A stretch of 64,000 nucleotides of DNA from Anolis carolinensis (Eukaryota): assembly GCF_035594765.1 (NCBI RefSeq), contig NC_085841.1, forward strand, positions 55,907,636 through 55,971,635, read 5' to 3'. Position numbers and translations under genes: made by a program. Below are positions 1 to 11,998 of this stretch, in pieces. The notes beneath the pieces are model-generated. The model worked only from the letters and a program-made list of their open reading frames with translations, did no database searches and was not told the origin of the DNA. Position 1 is the stretch's first letter, and each line of letters opens with the position of its first letter.

Positions 1-1569
1 AATAAATCACATTGCGGCTTCTCTATTAGAAAAAAAACTGACCATATAATTACAGGAATATTTTAATAACTGTACTGTGGTTGGAGTCATTAAATATTTC
101 ATAGTCACAAAGATACAGTAGCTACCCTATGATTACGCACTGATAGAAAATATTTGTACTGCATTCCAGAATACACCCAAAAATCTGTAATATTTTACAA
201 CATATCACTATATCATATTTTACAATATGCTGGGGATGTACATTTCATTCCCCAATCCAAACACTCATTTTAGTTCAACGATCATTAGAATCAATATCCA
301 GAACATAAAAAGAATCAGGAAATGATGAGAGAGAAAGATGGAACACAGATCAACAATGTAAGTCCGGCCCGCGTATGAAAGGCTACTGCCATTTGATATT
401 GCATTTACAGGCAGTCCACAGAAGAGTCCCTGATAATGGTGAAAACACATGGTACTGCTTCCATTATCTGTATATTACAAAACGTATCCTCTCCTGTCCT
501 GAGATGTATCCATGCTCACTTACTCATCCCAAACTTGTCATTTTATGTATGAGCTAATTACTGGATAAATGAAGGTAATTTGAGAAGAACCAAGATCTGG
601 GGATCTTAACTGATTTTGGATAGGCTGAAGAACTGATTTGGGAAATATATAATAGGCCATTAAATGCAGGACAAATTAATTTTAAATGTAGTTTGTGAAA
701 TCTGAGGTATACGTGAATCGATACAGATGGTGTTTAGATATTTGAGTGAGAAATTAACAAACTTGCCCTCTCTGAAATTTAACTACATATTTGCATCCTC
801 TCTGTAGATGGTGCATCTGCTTCAGTGATATGTTCATGGCCAAATGTTTATAAATGAATATGATTTAATATGGTTGCCTTGAAGTCTAAATAGTAAATTT
901 TGATGAGAAGGGTTCATATTCAAAGCAGTACATGTAATCAAACAAACCCATCTTAAAATCACCTTTAGTGTGACTACTACTATATTTGCCTTGAACAGCA
1001 CTCATGATGATATAACCTCTACACTATCTCAAAGCTCCTACTTAAAAGGCACTTTTATAAAAGGTTAAAGAGAGTTAATTCTTCCAATGGGACAACTCTG
1101 AGTGATGCCAGCAATATTAACTTGATTTGGAGAACTTGTTAACAGTTAATAACATCCATTAGAGAATGACTTCCAGTTTGCTGTAGAAGGGAATTTTATT
1201 GTTCTTCTCTAACTGCTACTGTTAAGTCAGCAAAGAAAATAACAGGCAGATGAAGCATAACTGCCTTTGTCCTGACAGTCTTGTATCAAAGAGTCAAGAT
1301 GGTAGTACAGTAATGCTACTCAAGGTGGTGGTCCATTGACTACTGTCAGATTTTCAACCACTGGCCACCAACTCCAATGATTCTTCATGGAAGAAATAAC
1401 TGCAACCAAAGGACACAAATATCATATTTCATTGCATAACAGTCAGCTTTTACATGAGGAAAAATTAGCCTTTTATGTACCAAAACAATATTTTTATTAA
1501 ACTAATGTTGAAAACAACTTGAGAAAACGTATAAGAGTGTCCAGAAAAACAAATTTACATATTTACACA

Positions 1570-2619
1570 TTTTAATCTTCCACTTTCATTGCATGCGTTA
1601 TCTGATGGGCTATCCTCAATGCAGCTCATGTTGGATGTTTTTTCCTCTTCACCCCTCTCCCACAGTGCATCATCTTCAGATCCATCCAGAGGATTAGAAA
1701 TGCCAGGTTTTTAAAAAGCTTTTCACAACAATGTCCTGTGTGATGAGGTGCCAGCTCTTAATGGCCCATGTGCACATCAGTTCTAATTATGTGTGCTTCA
1801 TATTTCCAGCGGGTGTCAATTGGTGATCACCGCTCATTATCCATTCATTATACAAACAGCACGAATTGTCTTTAAAGGTCTTGTTCACTGAGACATCCAG
1901 TGGCAGCAAAATAGAGATATGAATAGCTACCCCTTGTGTTGTTCTCACAGAGAAGTTGCCTCACTTCCTTCACAACGTGACTTCGGAAACTGTCCGAAAC
2001 TAGCAGAGTCAGCAATTTCCATAGCGCACTTGGTCTTCTGTTCCACACAGTTTTAATCCAATCCTCCATGAGTTCTAAATCCATCCAACCTTTTATCTGC
2101 ACTCATACACGAATTCTACGAGAAAGCTGTACTCCCTTAGGAATTGTTTCCCTTTTTAAAATGATGTAAGGCGGTAACTTACTTTCATTTGCTATAACGG
2201 CAAGCATTAAGGTGCACCATAATTTCTCATGGTGACACTGGAGGACCCTTTTGGTGCAATAGTGCTGCTGCAAGGCATAACAAAGAAGACGGCAGTCTGA
2301 TCAACATTACCAGTTTGTAAAAGGGGGTATGGCGTTTCTTTGTGCATATGCAAGATAAAGTGATGAAAGCTTCCCACCTTGGTGTATACAGGTGGCAGCT
2401 TTTGGCTTAGTGTGGTTCTCCTTCGCACAGAAAGATTGTGTTGTCGCATGAACCTTATAACCCAACCACGACTTGCCTTAAACTGAGTTGGGAGAATGTT
2501 GTGTTTGTGGGCTACCTCCTGTGCTTTCACTTGCAACATTTCAGATGATACACTGCAGTCACTGTTGTACACATCCCTCACATACATTAACACATTACAC
2601 CTAATCTGTTGCTCAAGAG
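1570..2619 (-). mobile_element. Decayed pogo/Tigger-family transposase fossil (POGK-like)
   Basis: Fragments with CENP-B HTH (FKASRGWVIRFMRQHNLSVRRRTT) and DDE_1 motifs (GNVDQT, KGWMD, LVSDSFRSH); frameshifted; no TIRs found. Confidence 0.85.
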
Positions 2620-2753
2620 CAGTGGTCTCAACTTGTGGGTCCCCAGGTGTTTTGGCCTACAAATCCCAGAAATCCCTGCCAGTTTACCAGCTCTTGGTAT
2701 TTCTGGGAGTTGAAGGCCAACACATCTGGGGACACACAGGTTGAGAACCACTG
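2620..2753. mobile_element. hAT (Charlie-type) MITE
   Basis: TIR CAGTGGT(T)CTCAAC...GTTGAGAACCACTG; 8-bp TSD ctcaagag/ctcaggag. Confidence 0.85.
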
Positions 2754-2829
2754 CTCAGGAGTGATGTTATGTGATGGCTAACATTTTACAAATATTCTTC
2801 ACAAAAGTAATCAACTAATATGAATATCC

Positions 2830-3035
2830 CAAATTCACCAGAACCAATCTGATCTTGGAAAATAAACAGGGTAAGCTCTGGTTAGTACTTGGATGAGAGA
2901 TGAGTAACGAACACCATATTTCAGGGAAGTAACTAGCAAAATCACCTCTTGAGTATTTATTGCCTAAAAATATCCTATGAAATTCCATATTGCCATAAGT
3001 TGACAGACAACTTGAAGACACATAAACACAACAGA
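2830..3035 (+). mobile_element. 5S rRNA-derived SINE (5S-Sauria-like), decayed
   Basis: 5S-like head TCTGATCTTGGAAAATAAACAGGG...TGGTTAGTACTTGGATGAGAGA plus a SINE tail ending ACTTGAAGACACA. Confidence 0.65.
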
Positions 3036-3044
3036 AATGAAATA

Positions 3045-3367
3045 CAGTAGAGTCTCACTTATCCAAGCTAAACGGGCCAGCAGAAGCTTGGATAAGCGAA
3101 TATCTTGGATAATAAGGAGAGATTAAGGAAAAGTCTATTAAACAGCAAATTAGGTTATGATTTTACAAATTAAGCACCAAAACATCATGTTATACAACAA
3201 ATTTGACAGAAAAAGTAGTCCAATACGCAGTAATGTTATGTAGTAATTACTGTATTTATGAATTTAGCACCAAAATATCACGATATATTGAAAACATTGA
3301 CTACAAAAATGGCTTGGATTATCCAGAGGCTTGGATAAGCGAGGCTTGGATAAGTGAGACTCTACTG
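3045..3367. mobile_element. Tc1/mariner-superfamily MITE (TIR CAGTAGAGTCTCACTTATCCAA)
   Basis: Perfect 22+ bp TIRs with TA on both sides; five copies in the window. Confidence 0.9.
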
Positions 3368-3563
3368 TATATAGACCTACCTTTGCCATTCTACAACAAC
3401 AGCTACAAGAGGAGAAAAAATATAGCAGAGAAGAAAAGGAACCAAGACGAAAGAGTAGCCTGATAGAAAGACTGTCAAGATTTGCAAGACAGGAACAAAT
3501 TGATGCCATATTAGCTCTTGTGGGGAGAAAATAACGATAAGGGAAAAGGTGTACACAATATAA

Positions 3564-4014
3564 CAGAGGTCCACAAACTATGGCCTCCAGGTCAGATGTG
3601 GCCCTCCAAAGTCATTTACCTGGCCCACACCCTAAACTTTAGACTTAGTGTCGCCCTCTGTTTGAAATGACTTGAAGGCACACAACAACAACAGTCCTAA
3701 TTAATTTGACTATCTCATCAGCGAAAAGTAGGCCAATTTATTTATTTATTTATTTACAACATTTCTACCCTGCCCATCTCACCCGAGGGGACTCAGGACA
3801 CTTCCCACTGAAATACTGGTAAGTTTATGTTGGTCAAAATTGTTCTTCGTTTCAAATATTGTATTGTTCCTTTCATGTTTTTTTCCACTACAAATAAAAC
3901 AGGTGCAGTGTGAATAGGAATTCATTCATTTTTTTTTTCAAATTATAGTTCGGCCCCCCAACAGTCTGGGGGAACATGAATCGGCCCTCTGCTTTAAAAG
4001 TTTAAGGACCCCTG
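3564..4014. mobile_element. OposCharlie1 (OC1)-like non-autonomous hAT
   Basis: Termini CAGAGGTCCACAAACT... and ...AGTTTAAGGACCCCTG; subterminal sequence resembles recalled OC1 MITEs; small L2-tail fragment inside (about 3737-3798); TSD not clear. Confidence 0.7.
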
Positions 4015-5029
4015 GCATAGACCAACTGTATACAAAGAAAAACTATAATGTACCATATCTTGTCAGGTCGAACTAAAGAAGAAATCAGTAGCTAGCTTTT
4101 AGAAAGAGAAACCTAGCCACACATACACACACCTGTTACAAAGCAAACAGATTTCATCCCAGTATGAATGTGGGAATGTCATGAATGTGACTGTCATTCA
4201 TGACAGTCACATGTTAGAAATCATTGAGAGCAGGCTTGAATTAAGATGCAGGACATAACAGTGAAATGCTCTGCAGAGAAAACCACAGCAAGCTGTTCAG
4301 TTTGGTGTTTGGAATCATCCCAATTATCCGATGTCCCTCAAATAACCCAGGGTATTAGACTGCTGATGCAGCTGAGTCTGTGTGAACTGCTTTCCTTCTT
4401 ATGTACACAAAGCTATCCTACCTCTAACAATCTTATGATTTGGGCAGCATGCCCAGTATATACTGCTGACCCATATTTGAGATGGATGGTATTTTTAATG
4501 AAGAAGGAGAAGTCTTTGAAAAAGAAATTAGGTTTAATAATTTCTCTGCAAGACAAATGCTACAAGGAATAAGATTTACTTTCCTGTAGAATAAAATGCA
4601 AGTATAAGGCAAGAATATATTCATCACTAGGAATACTAGTCACCTAGAATTCCCAAAGTCGTTCATAACCAACAGCTTGCAATGTATTTTGGGGAGACTT
4701 TCATGCAAACCCATGCCACCAACCAGATCAACAAAATATTGTTCGTCAATGTTGAAAATATGAATAAAAGAACAGTAATAATTTCAGGAGACCCAAAGGA
4801 GGAAGCATAAACTGCACATGGCACACTCGAGAGTACTGTCTGCCAAAAAAATTTTCTCTGTGATAAATGGGTGTAATATTATACAGAGTGTTTCAAAAAA
4901 AGATGTACCTGATTTAAAATCACTATATCTCTGCAACTACAAACTGCCCATGGAAGGGTAGGAAATAGTTTCAAAGGATTATCATTACATGCCTCTTCCC
5001 CAGCACTCAAAATGGTTAGGTTTGGGTTG

Positions 5030-5146
5030 GGTTTTTTTCTATATCAGGAGTGACTTGAGAAACTGCAAGTCGCTTTTGGTGTGAGAGAATTGGCCGTCTG
5101 CAAGGACGTTGCCTGGGGGATGCCCGGATGTTTTGATGCTTTTACC
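5030..5146 (-). mobile_element. Anolis SINE2-like (Vingi-tail) SINE, 3' fragment
   Basis: Matches the 3' half of the complete copy at 14867-15133; flanked by near-duplicated caaaa(g)tggttag. Confidence 0.75.
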
Positions 5147-5204
5147 AAAAGTGGTTAGTAAAACTTAGTAACTCATTAAACCATTTGTAACTTTTTGTGT
5201 AATT

Positions 5205-6304
5205 TTTTTTAAAAAATTATTTATGATTTTAGAGTTACAGTAAAAGTGGGGGAACAATTGTAGCTGATAGGAAAGAAACCGAATATAGGGAAAACAATAA
5301 GATAAAAAGATAAAAAGTAGGGGAGAAATACAATAAAGGCATCTAGAGAGAGAAAAGGAACAAGAGGGAAACTTAAAAAACAAAAATAAACCTAACTAAA
5401 TGAAAAAAAAACCTAAGAAAAACCTAACAAAAAAACAGCAAAAACAAACAAAAATTGTTGCAACTTCCAGATCTTCTGCATTGCACGTCTAGTTTTCTTT
5501 GTACATTACCAGCATTGGAATTTTTACCTCATTAGTCCGTGGGATATTTTAGAACCAATTTCAATAAAGTTCTATTTTATCTTTCATCAAATAGAGTCTC
5601 AATTTATTCCAGTCTGTCATTTGCACTTGTGAGTTATTCTGTGACAATATTTGTGTCAGTAATTCCATGTTCCTGATATCTAGGATTCTCAAAATCCATT
5701 TTTCCATAGAGGGAATTTCTTGGGTCTTCCACAGTTGAGCTAAGCATATCCTTGTGGCCATTACTAAATAAACAAACAGCTTGTTCATGTTTTGGTCCAT
5801 ATGAAAGTCAGTAATTCCTAAAAGAAAATACTCTGGTTTGAGGTCAATTTTTTTTGTAATATTTTCTCCATCTTTTTGTGGACTTCATGCCAGAACCTTT
5901 TTACTTTTTTACACCTCTATCACATGTGTATGAAATATCCCTTATGTTTCCCACATTTCCAACATTTCCCATTACTTGTTCCTTTACTGAATCTCGCTAG
6001 ACTTTCCAGTGTAAGGTACCATCTATAAAACATCTTGTACCAATTTTCCTTCAGTTCGGCTGAGTATGTAAATTTTAGTTTCTTTTTCCATATCTCTTCC
6101 CACTCTGCCATGTTTATCGTGTGACCTACATCGCTAGCCCAACTAGGGAACCAAAGGAGAGTTTTACAGAAGATAAAAAGATAGGATTTGAAAAAAAGGA
6201 CACATGTTGGGACAAAATACCAAAGATAGAAACAAAACTTATAAAAATACTATATCAACAATTACTAGTATGGGAGATAGAAAAACAAGTCAAGGAGGTG
6301 ATGA
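5205..6304 (-). mobile_element. L1 element A: 3' fragment with 5' inversion (last 8 bp displaced to 10027-10034)
   Basis: Minus-strand ORF2 C-terminus (WASDVGHTINMAEWEEIW...CWKCGKHKGYFIHM), 3' UTR and A-tail. Plus-strand 6146-6304 encodes the immediately upstream ORF2 segment. 15-bp TSD actttttgtgtaatt at 5190-5204 and 10035-10049. Confidence 0.9.
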
Positions 6305-9300
6305 GGATTTGCAATATATACGCTCCGAATGGACCTAAAACAAAATTTGTAAATAATCTGAGAGAACAAATTTTAAAAACGGATGTGGAGCATATAATAA
6401 TCTTAGGGGATTTTAATGGAGTGATAGATCATGATCTAGATAAATCGAAAAAGAAAAATAGAAAAACTAAAGGAAAAATGGGCCAACTACCAAAAAACTT
6501 CCTAAATCTTAAAAAAGAACTGGACCTTCAAGATGTCTGGAGGAATAAGAATACAAATAAAAGAGACTTTACATACTACTCAAATAGACACGAATCATGG
6601 TCCAGGATCGATATGATCTGGACCTCAAACTCATTAACATCAAAAGTAGATAAGATAAATATATTACCAAGAGACAAATCAGACCATTGCCCCCTCGAAA
6701 TGATAATAAACTACAAAAGAAACCATTGGAGATGGAGATTAGATGACAACCTGATTAAATCAGAAAAAGCAATACTCGAAAACAGGAAACTAACAAAAGA
6801 ATTTTTTAATTTTAACGACAAAGAGAATGTAACAAAACAAACGATTTGGGACTCGTATAAGGCAGTAATGAGAGGATATTTCATACAACAGAAAGCCAGA
6901 GCCAACAAAGTTAGGAACTATAAAATAGAACAGATTAATAAGCAAATAGAAAATAAAGAAAAGATATTTAAACAACAACCTAAGAACCAAAAGATCAAGA
7001 AAGAAATAAACGATCTAAAGAAGGAAAAACATCACCTAGATTTGGAAAAAATAGCAAAATCATTGAAATATGTGAGACAAGATAATTTTGAAAACGCAAA
7101 CAAACCAGGGCCCTGGCTGGCAAGGAAGATAAGAAAGAAAAAACAGCAACAACATATAATAAAGATCAGAGACAAAGATAAGGAGTATACGACAGATGAA
7201 GAAATAAGAGAAGAATTTAGGAACTACTATAGCCAATTGTATAAGCAAAAAGAGGAAGATTTGGAAAAGATTACAAAATATTTAGGAGAACAAAAACTGG
7301 ACAAAATTACGGAAACAGAAAGGGAACATCTCAATAAAGAAATAACAGAAGAAGAAATTAAGAAAGCAATAAAAAATTTAAAACCTAACAAAGCACCGGG
7401 TCCAGACGGATTTACCGCAAGTTTCTACAAAGTTATGAAAGACGAGTTAATCCCATTTTTGAAAATACTAATGAACCAGGTATTGGAAAAAAACATTATT
7501 CCGGAATCGTGGAAGGAAGGAGATATTATCACAATTCACAAAGAAGATACAGATAAATCGGAGGTAAAAAACTACAGACCAATTACGCTATTAAATTTGG
7601 ACTACAAAATTTTTACGAACATATTGGCAAATCGATTCAAAAACTTCTTAACAACATGGATTGGGCCAGAGCAAAAAGGATTTCTCCCGGGAAGGCATAT
7701 GAAAGAAAATGTGAGAACTATAGTAGATGTAATAGAATTTTACGAAACACATCATCAAAAAGAATTGGCACTACTCTCGATCGACGCAGAGAAAGCATTC
7801 GACAACCTAAATTGGAGATTTATCAAATTACTATTTAAAGAAATTGATATAGGTTATCAATTTTACAATGCGATTGAAATGATATACACGGAGCAGAGGG
7901 CAAGAATTTTAGTAAATGGTCAATACACGAAAGAGATACCAATAAATAAGGGAACTCGCCAAGGATGCCCATTATCACCATTAATCTTTATCTTCGCAAT
8001 TGAAATCTTAATAAGAAATATCAGAAAGGACGATCAATTAAAAGGAACAAAAATAGAAAACTATGAATTCAAGATGAGGGCTTTTGCTGACGACCATATA
8101 TGTATTATTGAGAATCCGAAACACCAAATTCAAAAGTGGCTCGACCGTATAGAGGAATATGGATCAGTGGCAGGCTTTTATCTAAACAAAAAGAAAACAA
8201 AAATTATGACAAAAAACATACCAAAGAAAAGACAAGAGGAAATAGAGAAAGTGGCAAACATCCAAATAATACCTAAAATAAAATACTTAGGAATTTGGTT
8301 AACAGCAAAAAATGCACACCTACTGAAAAATAATTACCAAATGAAATGGAACGAAATTAAAAAAGATTTACAGAACTGGAAAAACCTGAAAATCTCTATT
8401 TTAGGACGTATATCAATAATAAAAATGAATGTCTTACCAAAACTGTTATATTTGTTCCAAAATCTTCCAATAATAAGGAACAATAAACTTTTTATGGAAT
8501 GGCAAAGGGAAATCACAAAATTTATTTGGAAGGGAAAAAAGGCAAGAATAAATTATACAATAATGACAGATGATAAAAGAAGAGGGGGATTTGGACTACC
8601 GAACTTAAAATTATATTATGAATCTTGTGCATTGGCATGGGTTAAGGATTGGGCAACCCTAGAAAAAAACAGTATGCTAGCATTGGAGGGCTTTGATTTG
8701 AGGAGGGGATGGCATAGCTATCTCTGGTACGGTAAAAGATCAGTAGAGAAAAACTTCGGAAATCACTTTATCAGATCCTCATTAATAAAAACTTGGGAAA
8801 AATATAAGGGAAGAATATATATGAAGACACCCCTATGGATTTCACCTTTGGAAGCTAATCAGAAAAAATTTTCGGATTGGACAAAATGGCCAAAATACAA
8901 AGAAATATTAAGAAAAAAGGATGGGCAATTTCAACTAAAACAACATGAGGAAATAAGACAAAAATACAACAAAATGTCATGGTTTCAGTATGCCCAGCTA
9001 AAAGAACAATTTGGGAAAGATAAAAAATTAGGATTTAATGAGACTGAAAATTTCTGGGATACCATGATGCAAAATAACAAGAAGGAAATTGCGAGAATAT
9101 ACAAGAAGTTACTAGAATGGTCTACAGAGATAGAATATGTAAAAATATGTGCCACAAAATGGGCAAAGAATATTGGACGTTCAATTATGATGTCAGAATG
9201 GGAAGCAATATGGAATATAAAACAAAAATATACGTACGCCTCAGATTTACAGGAAAACTGGCTCAAAATGTTCCATAGATGGCACATCACACCAAAAAAG

Positions 9301-10013
9301 ATAGCAACCATGTATAAAAACACAGACAATAAATGCTGGAAATGTAAAAAGCAAGAAGGGTCATACTTTCATATCTGGTGGACATGTTCGGAAACAAAAT
9401 CATTTTGGAAAGCAGTACATGAAGAAACACAGAAAATACTACAAAAATCATTCCCAATGAAGCCAGAGTTTTATTTACTTGGGTTGACAGAGAGTATAAT
9501 GAAATTGAACTCAAATGAGGACAAAATATTTACATACGCAGCGACAGCAGCAAGAATAACCTTTGCAAAATATTGGAAACAAAGAGAAATACCAACAAAT
9601 CAACATTGGTTGGAGAAATTGAATGAGATATATGATATGGACAAATTAACATATCTAATGAAAATAAACAGGGGTAATACAATAAAATCAACTAACTGGG
9701 AAAAATATGTAGAATACAAGGAAAAGGCAAAGGAGAAATAAGCAAAGAAGAATCCGAGGACACTCACAATGACCAAAACTAGTCCAATAAATGTAAAAAA
9801 GGAAGAAATGGAACAAAACCTAGCCCACAAAGAATAGAAAGCGGAAGGACTTCTGTATCCCCTCCCTCCCTTCCCCCCCTTCCCTCTTCCTTCCCCTTTT
9901 TTTTTTCTTTACCTCTTTTACCCTTTTCACCAACCCCTGTGAACCATCTCCATTTTTATTTTTTACTGTACTGTATGTATGTGTAAGAAAATCTGAATAA
10001 AAATTTATTTAAA
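6305..10013 (+). mobile_element. L1 element B, 5'-truncated, young
   Basis: Uninterrupted ORF2, pyrimidine-rich 3' UTR, AATAAA near 9996; 13-bp TSD aaggaggtgatga at 6292-6304 and 10014-10026. Confidence 0.95.
6307..9741 (+). CDS. L1 ORF2 (partial APE endonuclease + reverse transcriptase + CCHC), N-terminus missing
   Basis: Motifs NIYAPN, GDFN, SRID, SDH, KAPGPDG, DAEKAFD, GTRQGCPLSP, FADD, YLG, CWKC-x8-H-x4-C; 1144 codons without a stop. Confidence 0.9.
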   Translation: MCNIYAPNGPKTKFVNNLREQILKTDVEHIIILGDFNGVIDHDLDKSKKKNRKTKGKMGQLPKNFLNLKKELDLQDVWRNKNTNKRDFTYYSNRHESWSRIDMIWTSNSLTSKVDKINILPRDKSDHCPLEMIINYKRNHWRWRLDDNLIKSEKAILENRKLTKEFFNFNDKENVTKQTIWDSYKAVMRGYFIQQKARANKVRNYKIEQINKQIENKEKIFKQQPKNQKIKKEINDLKKEKHHLDLEKIAKSLKYVRQDNFENANKPGPWLARKIRKKKQQQHIIKIRDKDKEYTTDEEIREEFRNYYSQLYKQKEEDLEKITKYLGEQKLDKITETEREHLNKEITEEEIKKAIKNLKPNKAPGPDGFTASFYKVMKDELIPFLKILMNQVLEKNIIPESWKEGDIITIHKEDTDKSEVKNYRPITLLNLDYKIFTNILANRFKNFLTTWIGPEQKGFLPGRHMKENVRTIVDVIEFYETHHQKELALLSIDAEKAFDNLNWRFIKLLFKEIDIGYQFYNAIEMIYTEQRARILVNGQYTKEIPINKGTRQGCPLSPLIFIFAIEILIRNIRKDDQLKGTKIENYEFKMRAFADDHICIIENPKHQIQKWLDRIEEYGSVAGFYLNKKKTKIMTKNIPKKRQEEIEKVANIQIIPKIKYLGIWLTAKNAHLLKNNYQMKWNEIKKDLQNWKNLKISILGRISIIKMNVLPKLLYLFQNLPIIRNNKLFMEWQREITKFIWKGKKARINYTIMTDDKRRGGFGLPNLKLYYESCALAWVKDWATLEKNSMLALEGFDLRRGWHSYLWYGKRSVEKNFGNHFIRSSLIKTWEKYKGRIYMKTPLWISPLEANQKKFSDWTKWPKYKEILRKKDGQFQLKQHEEIRQKYNKMSWFQYAQLKEQFGKDKKLGFNETENFWDTMMQNNKKEIARIYKKLLEWSTEIEYVKICATKWAKNIGRSIMMSEWEAIWNIKQKYTYASDLQENWLKMFHRWHITPKKIATMYKNTDNKCWKCKKQEGSYFHIWWTCSETKSFWKAVHEETQKILQKSFPMKPEFYLLGLTESIMKLNSNEDKIFTYAATAARITFAKYWKQREIPTNQHWLEKLNEIYDMDKLTYLMKINRGNTIKSTNWEKYVEYKEKAKEK

Positions 10014-10460
10014 AAGGAGGTGATGATAAAATGGACTTTTTGTGTAATTGTAACATGTTGCCATCATGAAATATATTGCTTTGAAATTGAATCCATCATT
10101 TTGAAATATCCTGTATTTTCTTATATTTTTATGGCACTTTTGAATTTGATGGAAATATCCCACTGTATTTCAAGACCAACATAGGGCAGAAGTCCTTAGT
10201 ATAGATATACCTTTATTGATAAAGTAGATGTGCCCCAAGGCACGGCTTCTTTAACAGTAACTTTAATAGAGGCAGAAATAATATGGAGCACAAAAGGTCC
10301 TTAGAGCACAAAAAAGAGAGCAGTTCAACATAACTTGGCGAACGTTTTATTCAAAACTAAAATCAGACACAGATGAAATGAGGCAACCACTGGGCAAAAG
10401 GTATCTTTCCTTCTGTATCACTTGTTTGCTTTATCCCTTTTTCCACATCTCTTCCTCTGC

Positions 10461-10685
10461 ATTCCACCTGAACATCAGGAAGAACTTCCTCACTGTGAGG
10501 GCTGTTCGGCAGTGGAACTCTCTCCCCCAGACTGTGGTGGAGGCTCCTTCTTTGGAAGCTTTTAAGCAGAGGCTGGATGGCCATCTGTCGGGGGTGCTTT
10601 GAATGCGATTTCCTGCTTCTTAGCGGGGGGTTGGACTAGATGGCCCATGAGGTCTCTTCCAACTCTACTATTCTATGATTCTATG
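10461..10685 (+). mobile_element. CR1 LINE 3' end
   Basis: FHLNIRKNFLTVRAVRQWNSLP...FKQRLDGHL followed by an ATTCTATG repeat tail. Confidence 0.92.
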
Positions 10686-11199
10686 CTTTCAACAGGTAAA
10701 GTGAACCTATACAAGGTTGGTTTAAATCAAGTGTGAGCAACTATGTGCCCCTCCCCAGCATTTTAGACTGCAGTTCCCTTATCTCACCACCCACCAATGG
10801 TTAAGCTGGCTAGGGCACAGCCTGGAAATGTTAGTGCAAAGAGACCTTGGGGGCCACAGTTACCTGCCCTTGGTATTATGAAACATGCACAGGAGTCCCA
10901 GGGTACAGAGTGTTGATGTAGCATTGACAAATGTACAGCACTTTATAAGATATAAGTTTACATCCATCACATTTTTTTGACATTTATGTGATGATAGTAG
11001 AGTTGAGGGATTTTTACATTACACAAGGAAGTTCTGTATTATATCCGAGCATGGGAGTGTGATATGCATACACCATTTACAAGAGAAAGCAAAAACAGAA
11101 TGCCAAATTTTAATTTTTTTTCCTTAGTCATCTGTTTATGTGTTTTATTTTAAACTTTTAGTCAGTTACACAGTTCTGGTGCACAAAATCTTCAATTGC

Positions 11200-11410
11200 T
11201 TGTTATTGATGTGTATCTTCAAGTCATTTCTGACTTATGCCACCCCTAGGACTCTTTTCGGGACAGAATTTGTTCAGAGAGGATTTATCCTTGCCTTCCC
11301 CTGAAGCTTGAATGTGACTTGCCCAAGCTCACCCAATGGGTTTCCATGGCTGAGCAGGGATCTGAACCTTGGTCTCCCAGTGTCCTATTCTCACACTCAA
11401 ACCAGTATAT
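11200..11410 (-). mobile_element. Squamate tRNA-derived SINE, decayed
   Basis: Core GTGACTTGCCCAAG...CCCAATGGGTTTCCATGGCTGAG...GAACC; related copies near 20275-20470(+), 37250-37440(+), 39215-39450(-), 43465-43700(+). Confidence 0.65.
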
Positions 11411-11671
11411 TAGTATGTTGTTACATAATGCAGCATACACCAGCAATGCTATCCAGTTTCGTACTGCAGTAGAGAGGTTGGTATTGTACCAGCAAAAAAA
11501 GTACCTTTACAATATATGGTATCCAATAGCAATGTAAATGTGTATGTGGTACACCTTACTAACAATATATGGTAAAAGTAGGAAATGAACCTAGGACAAC
11601 TTGCCCCAACGGGTTCTTTCAGATGTCTTAATGTCCATTATCACTGGCTATTTCCTTTCCAGTACAACATT

Positions 11672-11998
11672 GGGAGCCCCTGATAGCGCAGCTGGTTAAA
11701 CCATTGAGCTGCTGAACTTGCTGACCAAAAGGTCGGCGGTTCGAATCTGGGGAGCAGGGTGAGCTCCTGCTGTTAGCACCAGCTTCTGCCAAACTAGCAG
11801 TTCAAAAACATACATATGTGAATAGATCAATAGATACCGCTCTGGCGGGAAGGTAATGGCACTCCATGCAGTCATGCCGGATGACCTTGGAGGTGTCTGC
11901 GGACAACGCTGGCTCTTCAGTTAAGAAATGGAGATGAGCACCAAACCCCACAGTCAGACACAACTAGACTTAATGTCAGGGGGAAACCTTTACTAACC
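11672..11998 (+). mobile_element. Sauria SINE
   Basis: tRNA-like head with B box GGTTCGAATC, diagnostic body, ACCTTT tail; TSD tacaacatt(ggg). Confidence 0.92.

Larger units (their letters stand above)
4884..10113. mobile_element. Old Tc1/mariner MITE split by nested SINE and L1 insertions
   Basis: TA|CAGAGTGTTTCAAAA at left and TTTTGAAATATCCTG|TA at right form imperfect TIRs. Confidence 0.6.

Noticed and set aside
6121-9741. 1206-aa ORF as a single full-length protein
   Set aside because: The first ~61 codons come from another L1 (mostly its inverted C-terminal piece); the ORF starts at GTG and is a chance in-frame fusion.
10164-10693. Possible solo LTR around the CR1 fragment (and a similar block at about 52330-52817)
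   Set aside because: LTR-like composition and a CA end, but no convincing 5' terminus or TSD.
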